Source: Bdellovibrionota bacterium (GTDB lineage: Bacteria; Bdellovibrionota_C; UBA2361; JBGSMV01). Taken from it: 64,000 nt of DNA. This document shows positions 1 through 9,499 of this stretch, in pieces. The stretch is taken from contig JBGSMV010000047.1 of NCBI GenBank assembly GCA_041739995.1, positions 96,001 to 160,000 on the forward strand. The letters are read 5' to 3'. Position numbers and translations under genes: made by a program. The stretch's first letter is position 1. Each line of letters opens with the position of its first letter. The notes under the pieces are model-generated. The model saw only the letters and a program-made list of their open reading frames with translations, did no database searches and was not told where the DNA came from.

Positions 1-228
1 ATAGTCTTTCCATAAGTCACACGGCTCTCCACCTGTATCCCCTAAACTCTCCCCCTAGATTCTTAGAGCCTAACCCAACGTGAAGCATGAGTCCTGTGAT
101 TGTCTCATAATTTTTGATCAGAAAGCTGGGCAAGACGAAATTGATAGGGCGCACGCCACACAAGCGCAGACAATTGGGCACAACCGACGTCTCGTTAGAT
201 ATAGCGAGGAACAGTCTAAGGCAAAAGG

Positions 229-810
229 TCAGCCCGAACAGCGATCGTATTCACCAAACGCCATGGCGATTCGCTTTCGTATTCGATACTTGGCTCCCGT
301 ACTCGAGCGCAGTTGAAGCACTAACCGCACGTGCTGAATGCCAAGGTCAGTACTGAGCTGCTCAGGTAAGTTGGTGAGTCGCTTACCGCCCGCGTTCGCC
401 TTTAGAAAAAGTGATAGCACCCTCCCTTGACCCTTAGGCGGAATGGCTGCATAGCTACTCGGCGAAAGTCGTTGGCTCAACCTCGCTCTTCCGCCATTTG
501 AAGTACGCAGACGGTAACGAACATTTCTTACGTTTAGTTCTAGGTTAGTTGGGTTGCGAATGGTTGTCGCCACCACCGTATCATAGAATGGCTCATCCGT
601 TTGTGAAGGCGCTGTGCCACACAGTTTTTGGCTTAGATCTACCGACAGACTTCCAACTGATCCTGCGGCGTAGTCGCCCTCGTCCAGAATCTCCACACTG
701 AGCACTCTCGGTGACTCTTCAGCTGCAACCCCGGCTGGTAGGAAAACGCCCATCAGCAAAGCCATCAATACGCTAAAGGCGCGATTTTCTATCCCCTCTC
801 GATCGCACAT
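229..810 (-). CDS. Hypothetical exported protein
   Basis: 193-aa ORF with a hydrophobic signal-like segment (LMALLMGVFLPAGVAA); no family recognised. Confidence 0.6.
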   Translation of the reverse strand: MCDREGIENRAFSVLMALLMGVFLPAGVAAEESPRVLSVEILDEGDYAAGSVGSLSVDLSQKLCGTAPSQTDEPFYDTVVATTIRNPTNLELNVRNVRYRLRTSNGGRARLSQRLSPSSYAAIPPKGQGRVLSLFLKANAGGKRLTNLPEQLSTDLGIQHVRLVLQLRSSTGAKYRIRKRIAMAFGEYDRCSG

Positions 811-993
811 AACGCAAATCTCCCAACGACACAGGTCGGCAGAGAGCGGCTGAAGCTTTTCAAATGGGGGCGAAATTGTAGATTAGGTTGGCGAAATGTC
901 AGCGGTCAGGCGCCAAAGGCATTTAAAATGGCACTGAGTACCGCAACGAGCGCTGGAGGGAAGACATCCAGGTCGCTCTAAAAGGGTCAAGAC

Positions 994-1128
994 CTAGCGT
1001 CCTGAGTTAAGGGTTCGATGAATAATTCTCACCGAGCTCGCTGCTCTCTTTGTGAATATATTTAATGAATTACACAGTGAGTTCAGCGAGAAGACGCCTG
1101 AACGAGCTTCTACCTCAGAGGGCGCTAG
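994..1128. mobile_element. CTAG-bounded palindromic MITE-like element, family A (copy 1, divergent right arm)
   Basis: Shares ctgagttaag.gttcgatgaataattctc.ccgagctcgctgctctctttgtga..atatttaatgaatt..aca.tgagttcagcgag with 12425-12567 and is similar to 29700-29840; CTAG at both ends. Confidence 0.75.
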
Positions 1129-1565
1129 TGCTGCGCCTTAGTGGCATGCCCCTCCGTTACATGATCCGCGGAGATCGGCGCTTTGGCCTCTGCTGCCGGC
1201 CCAGGGGTAGCTCTATAGGGATTATCAACGAAGATGCCGGCCATCATTATCCCAAGCAGCACAAGAGGAAACACCGCGTAAATCCAAGTGGTCATACGCT
1301 CAAACTTCAAATGCATAAAAAATAGCGCGACCAGCATGGCCTTGATGGACGCGATGAACATCGCAATCACGATATTCATAGAACCAAAGTCGAGTCGCGT
1401 TACACCAACGGTCAGTACCGTCAGTACCAAAAGTGCTACGAATATCTTTGCGTAAATTGAATAGGGAGAGATGTGCCCGAAATCGTCTGAGTGATCTTGT
1501 GTAGGCATGATCTCAAATCCGTGCCCTGCTGCATGATCTCCGTGCGTATCTGTATGGTGGCCCAT
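1125..1565 (-). CDS. ctaF: Cytochrome c oxidase subunit IV (caa3-type)
   Basis: Three TM helices with IASIKAMLVALFFMHLKFE motif; last gene of cox operon; ATG at 1565 has GAGGA upstream (ORF track starts at 1577). Confidence 0.9.
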   Translation of the reverse strand: MGHHTDTHGDHAAGHGFEIMPTQDHSDDFGHISPYSIYAKIFVALLVLTVLTVGVTRLDFGSMNIVIAMFIASIKAMLVALFFMHLKFERMTTWIYAVFPLVLLGIMMAGIFVDNPYRATPGPAAEAKAPISADHVTEGHATKAQH

Positions 1566-1604
1566 AAATCCTCTCAAATTTTATTCACTAACACTCGTCA
1601 GCGA

Positions 1605-2273
1605 CTAACCCACCAAGTAAAGAAGCGGGAAAAGATAAATCCAGATCAGGTCAACAAGATGCCAATACAAAGCGCCAACTTCGACCGGCACAAAGTAACG
1701 CGACGAAAAACGCCCCTTACGAGCTTTTAGATACACCCAGGTGAGCAGCCCCATTCCAAGCACTACGTGCAAGGCATGCAGGCCAGTCATGCAGTAGTAC
1801 AACCCAAAGTACATCTTATACTCTTGGATGAACTCAGGAGAGTTCCAGCGCTCAGTGCCTGGAAAAAGTCCGTGACTGTACTTTCCGGTGTACTCAATTC
1901 CTTTGATTATTAGGAAAAGAAAGCCGCATGCGATCGTAATCAACAAATTCTTAGAGCAGCGTCGACTATCTCCACGCTGGGCAGCATCAACCGCCAAGGC
2001 AGCCGTAAAGCTACTGAAAAGAAGCACCACAGTGTTCACTGAACCATAGACCCAATTCAGCTCCTTAGAAGCATGATGGAATTCTTCGAAATAGGCCCAG
2101 TGATACAGGGCAAAAGAGGTGAAAAGGCCGCCGAACAAAAGTATTTCAGTGGCAAGAAAGAGCCACATCCCAAGCTTAGCCGACTGATATGCAGTCGGGG
2201 TATCCATGTGGTGGATGTGCGGCGGATCTCCGGGACCCACTTCGGCCGCAGTTGCATGATGTGAAGCGCTCAT
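1605..2273 (-). CDS. ctaE: Cytochrome c oxidase subunit III
   Basis: GMWLFLATEILLFGGLF, TGLHALHV and YWHLVDLIWIYLFPLLY motifs. Confidence 0.95.
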   Translation of the reverse strand: MSASHHATAAEVGPGDPPHIHHMDTPTAYQSAKLGMWLFLATEILLFGGLFTSFALYHWAYFEEFHHASKELNWVYGSVNTVVLLFSSFTAALAVDAAQRGDSRRCSKNLLITIACGFLFLIIKGIEYTGKYSHGLFPGTERWNSPEFIQEYKMYFGLYYCMTGLHALHVVLGMGLLTWVYLKARKGRFSSRYFVPVEVGALYWHLVDLIWIYLFPLLYLVG

Positions 2274-2336
2274 TACTCAGTCTCCAAATTAACCATCGCC
2301 AGAATCTCCCCCCAGGGTGGCGTCACTACCCTCCAA

Positions 2337-4037
2337 TTAATGAGCGGCAGCATCTCCTCGCACCGGGGTTCCATACGCATACGTTGAACCAGTAACAACT
2401 GGCGTAACTTCAAAGTTTTCGTGTGGTGGTGGAGATGGAGTTTGCCACTCTAAAGACAACGAATCCCACGGATTGGCGGGCGCCTTCACGCGACCAAACA
2501 CCGCAGCCCACCCGAGATTGAGAAGCGCCAGGGTATAGCCCAATGCATTAATCACGGCTCCTGCCGTCGAGACCTGGTGCAGGTTCTGGTACTGAGGAAG
2601 GTAGTCATAGTAACGGCGCGGCATACCCTCCATTCCAAGAGCGAATTGAGGAATGAAGGTTAAGTTAAAGCCTACGAAGACGAGGAACCAAGTCACCTTC
2701 CCGGCCGTCTCGTTGTACATCTTCCCGCTCATCTTCGGGAACCAATAGTACAGGCCGCCCATAAGACCGATTACTGCACCGCCTTGAATCGTGTAGTGAA
2801 AGTGGGCAACGACGAAATAGGTGTCATGGTAGTAGACGTCCACCGCAAGAACCGCCAAATAAACACCGGTAGTACCCGCCACCATGAAAAGAAATATAAA
2901 GCCCATGGCGTACAACATCGGGGTGTTAAAGCGGATAGATCCGCGATACATCGTGCTTACCCAGTTGAACACTTTCACCGCCGTCGGCACCGCCACACCG
3001 AACGTCACCACCGAGAAATATATCGCTGCGGCTTCAGAGATACCGGCGACGAACATATGATGGGCCCAAACTAGAAACCCGACGACCGCGATGGTGACCG
3101 ATGCGTAGACTACCGCCTTATAGCCAAATATCGGTTTGCGCGAGAATACTGGAATGATTTCGCCAACGATGCCGAACGCCGGCAACACCATGATGTAGAC
3201 TACCGGGTGAGAGTAGAACCAGAAAAGATGCTGATAGAGAACTGGATCGCCACCTAGTTTCGGATTGAACACTCCGACCCCGAATCCTCTCTCCATGATT
3301 ACCAGTAGCAAGGTAATTCCAACTACCGGAGTAGCCAGAGTTTGGATTACTGCGGTTGCATAAGTTCCCCAAACGAATACGGGCAACCTATCCCAAGTCA
3401 TTCCTGGAGCGCGCAACTTGTGAATCGTTACGATGAAGTTCAGTCCAGTAAGAATCGAGGAGAACCCCAAGACGAATGCCGCGGCCGTCATCCATACTAC
3501 GGAAGTTCCCGTTTCAATGCTGTACGGTGCATAGAACGTCCAACCGGTATCAACTGGTCCATGAACCCCGATGAAGTTCATAGCCTTCTCCATAAAGGCC
3601 GGGCCAATCGGCTTGAGCAAGCCGAACAACGCCATACAAGCCCCGACCATATAGATGTACCAGCTGAAAAGATTCAGCTTCGGAAAAGCCACGTCCTTTG
3701 CCCCGATCATTAGTGGGAGAAGAAAATTTCCGAGTGTCGCGGGAATTCCGGGAACGATAAAAAGAAAAATCATCACCGCGCCATGAATGGTAAACATGGC
3801 GTTATAGGTCTCGGCGTCAATAAAATTGTGCTGGCCAGTCCCGTATAACTTAGCGAGCTCAAGACGCATCGCAAGCGCGGCCATCCCTCCCACAAAGAAG
3901 AAGATCAAAATCGCGAAAAGGTACAGCAAGCAAATGCGTTTGTGGTCAACAGTGGTTAACCACGACCAAATGCCCTTCTCGTGATTTAGATAGTTTGGCT
4001 TCGCGTTTGCTTCGCCAGCAGCAGAATATGCACTCAT
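2337..4037 (-). CDS. ctaD: Cytochrome c oxidase subunit I (A2-type heme-copper oxidase)
   Basis: TVDHK, GWTFYAP, GGDPVLYQHLFWFYSHPVVY (YS = A2 signature), WAHHMF, VAHFHY, MPRRY. Confidence 0.97.
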   Translation of the reverse strand: MSAYSAAGEANAKPNYLNHEKGIWSWLTTVDHKRICLLYLFAILIFFFVGGMAALAMRLELAKLYGTGQHNFIDAETYNAMFTIHGAVMIFLFIVPGIPATLGNFLLPLMIGAKDVAFPKLNLFSWYIYMVGACMALFGLLKPIGPAFMEKAMNFIGVHGPVDTGWTFYAPYSIETGTSVVWMTAAAFVLGFSSILTGLNFIVTIHKLRAPGMTWDRLPVFVWGTYATAVIQTLATPVVGITLLLVIMERGFGVGVFNPKLGGDPVLYQHLFWFYSHPVVYIMVLPAFGIVGEIIPVFSRKPIFGYKAVVYASVTIAVVGFLVWAHHMFVAGISEAAAIYFSVVTFGVAVPTAVKVFNWVSTMYRGSIRFNTPMLYAMGFIFLFMVAGTTGVYLAVLAVDVYYHDTYFVVAHFHYTIQGGAVIGLMGGLYYWFPKMSGKMYNETAGKVTWFLVFVGFNLTFIPQFALGMEGMPRRYYDYLPQYQNLHQVSTAGAVINALGYTLALLNLGWAAVFGRVKAPANPWDSLSLEWQTPSPPPHENFEVTPVVTGSTYAYGTPVRGDAAAH

Positions 4038-4053
4038 AACTTTCGACTCTCTT

Positions 4054-5385
4054 CTACTTCACCGTCTTGAGATACTCGACAATGTCCTTAACATCCTGCT
4101 CTTTGAGCTGGGTGCCATAGACCGGGGGCATTGCTGGCGCAAAGTTCTTGGCTATCTTGGCCATCGGATTGAGAATTGACTCCTCTAGATAGGCCTCATC
4201 TACAACCAATGAAGTGCCGTCTTGCAACTCAGCCGTTCGCCCAAAAATACCCTTGAAGCTTGGACCCACCAGTGCCGAACCATCCAGCGAATGGCAACTC
4301 GTACAAGCAGGAACCGTTTTCGCTTTAACCAACTTCTCACCACGCTCAAGCGGGGAAAGCTTATCCCAACCGTCATCAACGGGGGCGGCTACTGGTGCAG
4401 CAACAGGCGCAGATCCGTCCTGAGCTTGGATAAAGGCGATCAGCCCGGCGATCTCATCAGGCCCAAGCTGACCGTCGTAGCTCGGCATTACTGGGGCATA
4501 GCCTTCAACGATTTGCTTGTTTGGATGAAGAATTGATTCTTGTATGTAATTCTCGTCGACATCGACGGTGGTCCCGTCCTGAAGAGACTCCTTCTTGCCA
4601 AAGACTTTGAGGAAAGAAGGCCCAATCAACCTTGAGCCATCAAGGCTGTGACAAGCGTTGCAACCCTTCTCTGTATAAAGTTGTTTGCCTCTCGCGCTTG
4701 GGCTCATCCCTGCAAGCGCATTTTCGGCACTGCGATCTTTCAGCCACCTATCAAACTCAGCTTCCGAAACCACTCGAAGACTCGCCATCATGTTTGAGTG
4801 TTCTTTGCCGCAATATTCAGTACAAAACACTGGATACTTGCCGGTTTTGATCGGTGTAAAGACGATATAGCTCCACTGTCCCGGGATTACGTCCTTTTTG
4901 GCGCGCATCGCTGGAATAAAAAAACTGTGCAACACATCACGCGACTGCATCACAAGTTTAATAGGGCGATCAACGGGAACTACCCACTCCACGTCCTTGC
5001 CGCCAATTTTTTTAACTTGTGACTGACCAGCCTCGTCTTTGTATTCGTACTCAAAATCCCAAAACCACTTCTGTCCCCAAGCGGTAATGCGCAACGCGTT
5101 CTCTGGGACCTCTCTGGTCTGTTGGTAAATCACCACGCCGTAGTAGGCGAGAAAGATCGAGACGATCGTCGGAACAATGGTCCAAATCATTTCAAGGGTA
5201 TGACTTCCTTCGATACGCGGAGTCTCGTGATCCTTGCCGTTGCGCTGGCGATAACGGATGGCGAAGTAAATCATCGCGCCAACAATCGCCACCGTGAAGA
5301 ACAGCGAGAGATCGGTGATGATGTTGTTCATCCAATCGACATCTGCTGCGTGCGCTGACGCTTGCTCTGGAAAATAGCGAAACAT
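4054..5385 (-). CDS. ctaC: Cytochrome c oxidase subunit II with two C-terminal cytochrome c domains
   Basis: CuA ligands DVLHSF and CTEYCGKEHSNM; heme c motifs CNACH and CTSCH. Confidence 0.95.
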   Translation of the reverse strand: MFRYFPEQASAHAADVDWMNNIITDLSLFFTVAIVGAMIYFAIRYRQRNGKDHETPRIEGSHTLEMIWTIVPTIVSIFLAYYGVVIYQQTREVPENALRITAWGQKWFWDFEYEYKDEAGQSQVKKIGGKDVEWVVPVDRPIKLVMQSRDVLHSFFIPAMRAKKDVIPGQWSYIVFTPIKTGKYPVFCTEYCGKEHSNMMASLRVVSEAEFDRWLKDRSAENALAGMSPSARGKQLYTEKGCNACHSLDGSRLIGPSFLKVFGKKESLQDGTTVDVDENYIQESILHPNKQIVEGYAPVMPSYDGQLGPDEIAGLIAFIQAQDGSAPVAAPVAAPVDDGWDKLSPLERGEKLVKAKTVPACTSCHSLDGSALVGPSFKGIFGRTAELQDGTSLVVDEAYLEESILNPMAKIAKNFAPAMPPVYGTQLKEQDVKDIVEYLKTVK

Positions 5386-5639
5386 GGTAGATATCCCCTA
5401 CAACTCACTCGACACGAAGCGTGCTGACCTATTAGTGACGTAGGTCATGCCTGCTCTAACAAAAGGTGAGTTCGAATCCCAAAAAACGTCCGGTCCACCG
5501 TCCTAGGGCTACTCCTCCTAGAAAAACGTCAGACCCAGATTACTACCGAAGCACCCCTGTCGCGACGACACCCCTTTACCGCCTCCGATGGCTAAATGTC
5601 GAGGCCTCCCGTGAAGTTAGCCACTAAATCAGCGCACCG

Positions 5640-6530
5640 CTACGATACCTCAACAGACTTAGGTGTCTGTCGACGCCGCTCCCTCAAAATCAGTCCTCCG
5701 ATCAGACCCCCTAACAGGATGAGAGTGAGTACCCCTCCGATTCTAAGCGCTCCGGTCATCACCCAGGTATACTTGCCCTTAAGCGGATCGAATCGAAAAC
5801 AGTACAGCATTACATGGTCAAGCGCTGTCCCTATTTTTCCTTCTGAGGCCTCGACCAGAGCAAGTCTTGTATCAAAAGGGTGGAACTCTATTCCTGTGAA
5901 ATACTGAGAAACCCTCCCCGATGGGGTCACGAGAATCAGCCCTGCACTGTGAGCGAAATCCTCTCCATCAGGAAGGTACTTGAAGCCAACATCTTTAGTC
6001 AGCTGGTTAATTGACTCCCCCTGGCCTACTAAAAAATGAAAGCTGGAACGCTGTTCTGAAGTAAGGCCTGCTAGATCTGCGTAACGTAGCTTGGCTGCAG
6101 CCGCATCCTCTACGGTTTCGGTGGGAGAAATGCTGAATACGATAACCTGAAAGTCACTACCCAGAGAGAGTGTCAGGTCTTTCAATAACGAAGTGAAGCC
6201 TCCCATCAAGAGGCCGCAAAGACGTGGACATTTGTAATAAACGGGAACGATGATGGATGGTCGACCGGAAGTACCAATCAGGTCACCAAGTGTGAGGGCA
6301 GTCCCTTCGGCCGATATAAACGGAAGAGTGAGACTAAGCTCGGCGCCTAACTCAGGGGAAATGCCAATTTCTGACAGGCGATCAGCAGGCTCCTCGATAG
6401 CTGATCCTGGTGTGGAAACTAATGCAGCCCCAAAAAGCAGCACTACTAATAGGAATGCCTCTCTAAGGGCTCGACGATTCAACTTTATCGTCTTGAAGAG
6501 GCGGGCGGGGAGAGAAGGGAAAGATCTCAT
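5640..6530 (-). CDS. SCO1/SenC family copper chaperone
   Basis: YYKCPRLC (CxxxC) and FAHSAG motifs; C-terminal YCFRFDP plus TM helix; upstream of cox genes. Confidence 0.9.
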   Translation of the reverse strand: MRSFPSLPARLFKTIKLNRRALREAFLLVVLLFGAALVSTPGSAIEEPADRLSEIGISPELGAELSLTLPFISAEGTALTLGDLIGTSGRPSIIVPVYYKCPRLCGLLMGGFTSLLKDLTLSLGSDFQVIVFSISPTETVEDAAAAKLRYADLAGLTSEQRSSFHFLVGQGESINQLTKDVGFKYLPDGEDFAHSAGLILVTPSGRVSQYFTGIEFHPFDTRLALVEASEGKIGTALDHVMLYCFRFDPLKGKYTWVMTGALRIGGVLTLILLGGLIGGLILRERRRQTPKSVEVS

Positions 6531-6686
6531 TTAGGCAATATAACCTGAAATCAGAGGAGCGAAATGACACCCTGCTTCCCAAAGCTTACCTCGGTGGCAA
6601 ATTAGGTTGGAAGCTCTGGCTCGAAGAAATCGGGTTGAAGCAATTGAAATGATGTTCCTTTTCCTTTGCTTCGCAATCTTGAACAA

Positions 6687-6719
6687 AAACTTCACATATA
6701 TGCGAAAGTTTGGTATACA
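6687..6719 (+). promoter_or_regulatory. Putative sigma70 promoter of the metal regulator with overlapping palindromic operator
   Basis: TTCACA (6691-6696), 17-bp spacer, TATACA (6714-6719) preceded by TGn; palindrome ttcacatatatgcgaa (14/16) at 6691-6706 flanked by aaac and gttt. Confidence 0.45.
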
Positions 6720-6761
6720 GAATTTTCCCTTTTCAAGGCTAACATTTGCTTGGAGTTCTAA

Positions 6762-7169
6762 ATGAGCGGAGACGTGTGGAAGCAGTTCGAAGAGAATAAA
6801 ATTACCCATAGCGCCGCGCATCACCTGCTTGCAGTGCTTGAACTACGCGAGATGCGAGGCTACGCCCGCGTAACAGATGTGGCCAAACATCTAAACATTA
6901 CCACCGGCAGCGCCTCGACCAATCTCAAGGGTCTCAAAACTAAAGGTCTTCTGGTTGAGGACGACAATCGATTTCTTACGCTTTCGCCCGAGGGTGAATC
7001 CTTAGTTAAGGCCGTGCTCTCTCGCAAAAAGGTTTTTCAAAGATTTCTACTTGAGGTCTTGCACGTCTCTGCTGAGCAGGCGGAAATTGACGCATGTAAA
7101 ACTGAGCATTTGATTAGCGGAGAGACCGCTAAAAAGATGGAAAAGTTTATTGAGTCCCTCCAAAAATAG
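6762..7169 (+). CDS. DtxR/MntR family metal-dependent transcriptional regulator
   Basis: wHTH (ARVTDVAKHLNITTGSAS) plus AEIDACKTEHLIS metal/dimerisation motif; no FeoA domain. Confidence 0.9.
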   Translation: MSGDVWKQFEENKITHSAAHHLLAVLELREMRGYARVTDVAKHLNITTGSASTNLKGLKTKGLLVEDDNRFLTLSPEGESLVKAVLSRKKVFQRFLLEVLHVSAEQAEIDACKTEHLISGETAKKMEKFIESLQK

Positions 7170-7222
7170 GCTTCCCCCGATAATTGTCTATTCCTTTCCC
7201 TCTATTTTTTGAGAATTAAAAA

Positions 7223-7657
7223 GTGAAAAAGAGCGATCTCCAAGCGGCAATCAAGCAAGCGATGAAAGATAAGGACAAGATCAGGCTCGAAACTATTCGA
7301 GGCGTTCTCAGCGCAGTCCAATACGAAGAGATGGAGAAAAAGACCGAGGAGCTTCCTCCTGAAGCAATGATAACCGTGCTGCAGCGAGAGCTTAAGCGAC
7401 GCCGAGAAGAGCTTGAGTTTGCACAACAAGCAGGGCGCCCTGAGTTGCTAGAAAAACTTAATACTGAGATTTCAGTTCTTGAGGGCTTTCTCCCCCAACA
7501 ACTCGCGCCGGAACAAATAGAAAAGATTGTCTCTGATCTACGATCATCTTCTCCGGCTTTAAATCTAGGCGGGGCGATGAAACACCTTAAAGACCAATAT
7601 AGCGGTCAGTACGATTCAAAGGTTGCGAGTGACGTTTGCAGAAAGATATTTGGATAG
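7223..7657 (+). CDS. GatB/YqeY domain protein
   Basis: AMKDKDKIRLETIR, ELKRRREE, FLPQQL motifs. Confidence 0.9.
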   Translation: MKKSDLQAAIKQAMKDKDKIRLETIRGVLSAVQYEEMEKKTEELPPEAMITVLQRELKRRREELEFAQQAGRPELLEKLNTEISVLEGFLPQQLAPEQIEKIVSDLRSSSPALNLGGAMKHLKDQYSGQYDSKVASDVCRKIFG

Positions 7658-7710
7658 GCATCGAGACTTCAGAGCTTAAAATACTCTAATGGTTCTCGCG
7701 TGAGCTGCAC

Positions 7711-8634
7711 ATGCACATCATAGTTTCTGGATCGTCTGGGTTAATCGGTTCGGCACTGGTTCCCCATCTTCGGGCAACCAATCATAAAGTAAGCACTCTT
7801 GTACGAGTAGCCGCTTCTAGTAGCGAGGAGATCTGCTGGGACCCCAATACGCGTGTGCAGTTCCCGGTTCTTACCGGCGTCGACGCGGTAGTGCATTTAG
7901 CTGGAGAAAGCATTGCACAGGGCCGCTGGACCAAGGAAAAGAAACAGCGCATTCGAGATAGTCGCATGCGCGGAACCACCACTTTGTGCGAAGGGTTACT
8001 GTCTCTCACTCCACGCCCAAAAGTTCTTGTGTGCGCTTCTGCGATAGGTATTTATGGATCTCGCGGTGATGAGGAGCTCGATGAAGCTTCTGCCCCTGGA
8101 ACAGGATTCCTGGCCGATGTTGCCTCAGAGTGGGAGCAGGCAACCGAAATTGCAAAGGCGGCCGGGATCCGAGTGGTGAACCTGCGTCTCGGTGTGGTGC
8201 TCTCGCCCAAAGGCGGAGCGCTACAGAAAATGCTCTTGCCCTTCTCACTTGGCTTAGGCGGGACCCTCGGCAGAGGCAACCAGTGGATGAGCTGGATCAG
8301 TCTAGTCGATGTACTTGGGCTGATTGATCATGCACTTCAAGTGGAATCTTTGTCGGGGCCATTGAACGCAGTAGCCCCGCACCCAGTAACAAACAGAGAT
8401 TTCACTCGCACGCTTGGGCAAGTACTTTGCCGCCCGACACCCTTTCCCATTCCGGTCACACTTTTGCGGCTGATATTCGGCGAGTTTGCGGACGAGGCGC
8501 TTTTGTCGAGCACTCGAGCACTTCCCCGAAAAGCGCTTACCTCTGGGTACTCTTTTACCGGTGAGACTCTCGAGGAAGCCCTTAGACTTCTTCTAGGCAG
8601 GCCCTTACCAAAGAGTCAGAAAGTCGGCGGTTAA
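7711..8634 (+). CDS. TIGR01777-type NAD-dependent epimerase/oxidoreductase
   Basis: SGSSGLIGS, VVHLAGESIA, SRMRGT, ASAIGIYG, GNQWMSWI. Confidence 0.92.
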   Translation: MHIIVSGSSGLIGSALVPHLRATNHKVSTLVRVAASSSEEICWDPNTRVQFPVLTGVDAVVHLAGESIAQGRWTKEKKQRIRDSRMRGTTTLCEGLLSLTPRPKVLVCASAIGIYGSRGDEELDEASAPGTGFLADVASEWEQATEIAKAAGIRVVNLRLGVVLSPKGGALQKMLLPFSLGLGGTLGRGNQWMSWISLVDVLGLIDHALQVESLSGPLNAVAPHPVTNRDFTRTLGQVLCRPTPFPIPVTLLRLIFGEFADEALLSSTRALPRKALTSGYSFTGETLEEALRLLLGRPLPKSQKVGG

Positions 8635-8737
8635 CTCTGGTCGTGATGCTACCTTTTCCAATATCAGATCTGTCCTTTCACTGATTTGGCCACTGCTTTG
8701 AATTTGAAGCATGTGCAGACCTAATTAAGAGCGCCCC

Positions 8738-9424
8738 ATGGCAAGTTTCGTGATGCGCGATCAATCAATTGTTACGAGTCCGAGAAGGCAACCGATCGCG
8801 GATGGCCCTGCCGACTTCCTAAAGCTAACTTTTCCGGATTGTGCCGAGAGACGGAACAACGAGAAAGAACTAACTTCGATTGCGATTGGTCGTCGAGAGC
8901 TTCGAAAAAAAATTCTCTCAAGCGAATCATTTAGGCGCTCATTTCGAAAGTTGCCGCTCGAAGTTCAAGATATCTACGTCAAGAGAGGGTGGCTCTTCTG
9001 GGGGCAAGGAGGCCTCGGCGAATGTATGAGTGCTCGTGTTTATGTGTCGGACGTGAAGACCTTTGGGCAAGCGCGTGGGGCGATGTTTGGAAAGTCGCTG
9101 AGCGAGTCCTTGAGAGGGACGGTGGAGCGCTTTGAATCGCTTGCCTTTTGGGCACAAACAACAGTGATCGTCGGAACCATGGGTGCAATCCTTGGAACAC
9201 TTGGCTTACTGGCACGCGCAGCACATCGCACAATGCAAAGTTACTCAGAGAGCCTTGAAGCAGCCTCAAGTTCTGAAGAAGGATTAGATCGCGCTATTCG
9301 CGCGCGCTCAGGTCGGGCCGGCGAAGCCCAAGAGACCGCCGCAAGCGCACGCCGAGCACAGAGGGGAAGCCAAGGAGCTCCACAGCCTCCAGAAACTACT
9401 GGAGAGCCCGACGGAAAGCCTTAA
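8738..9424 (+). CDS. Hypothetical membrane protein
   Basis: 228-aa ORF with one hydrophobic segment and a low-complexity C-terminus. Confidence 0.55.
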   Translation: MASFVMRDQSIVTSPRRQPIADGPADFLKLTFPDCAERRNNEKELTSIAIGRRELRKKILSSESFRRSFRKLPLEVQDIYVKRGWLFWGQGGLGECMSARVYVSDVKTFGQARGAMFGKSLSESLRGTVERFESLAFWAQTTVIVGTMGAILGTLGLLARAAHRTMQSYSESLEAASSSEEGLDRAIRARSGRAGEAQETAASARRAQRGSQGAPQPPETTGEPDGKP

Positions 9425-9499
9425 AGCCCTCTCCTCGATGCCAATCTCACAGGAGGTCCCATGACAGCTGAGATCTGAATTTAATAGGTCGCCTCACGT

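Noticed and set aside
1..13. Start of a minus-strand gene at the window edge (ATG at 13 with GGAG upstream)
   Set aside because: Only four codons are visible, so it cannot be supported
5470..5480. tRNA T-loop-like GTTCGAATCCC
   Set aside because: No cloverleaf or acceptor stem in the flanking sequence
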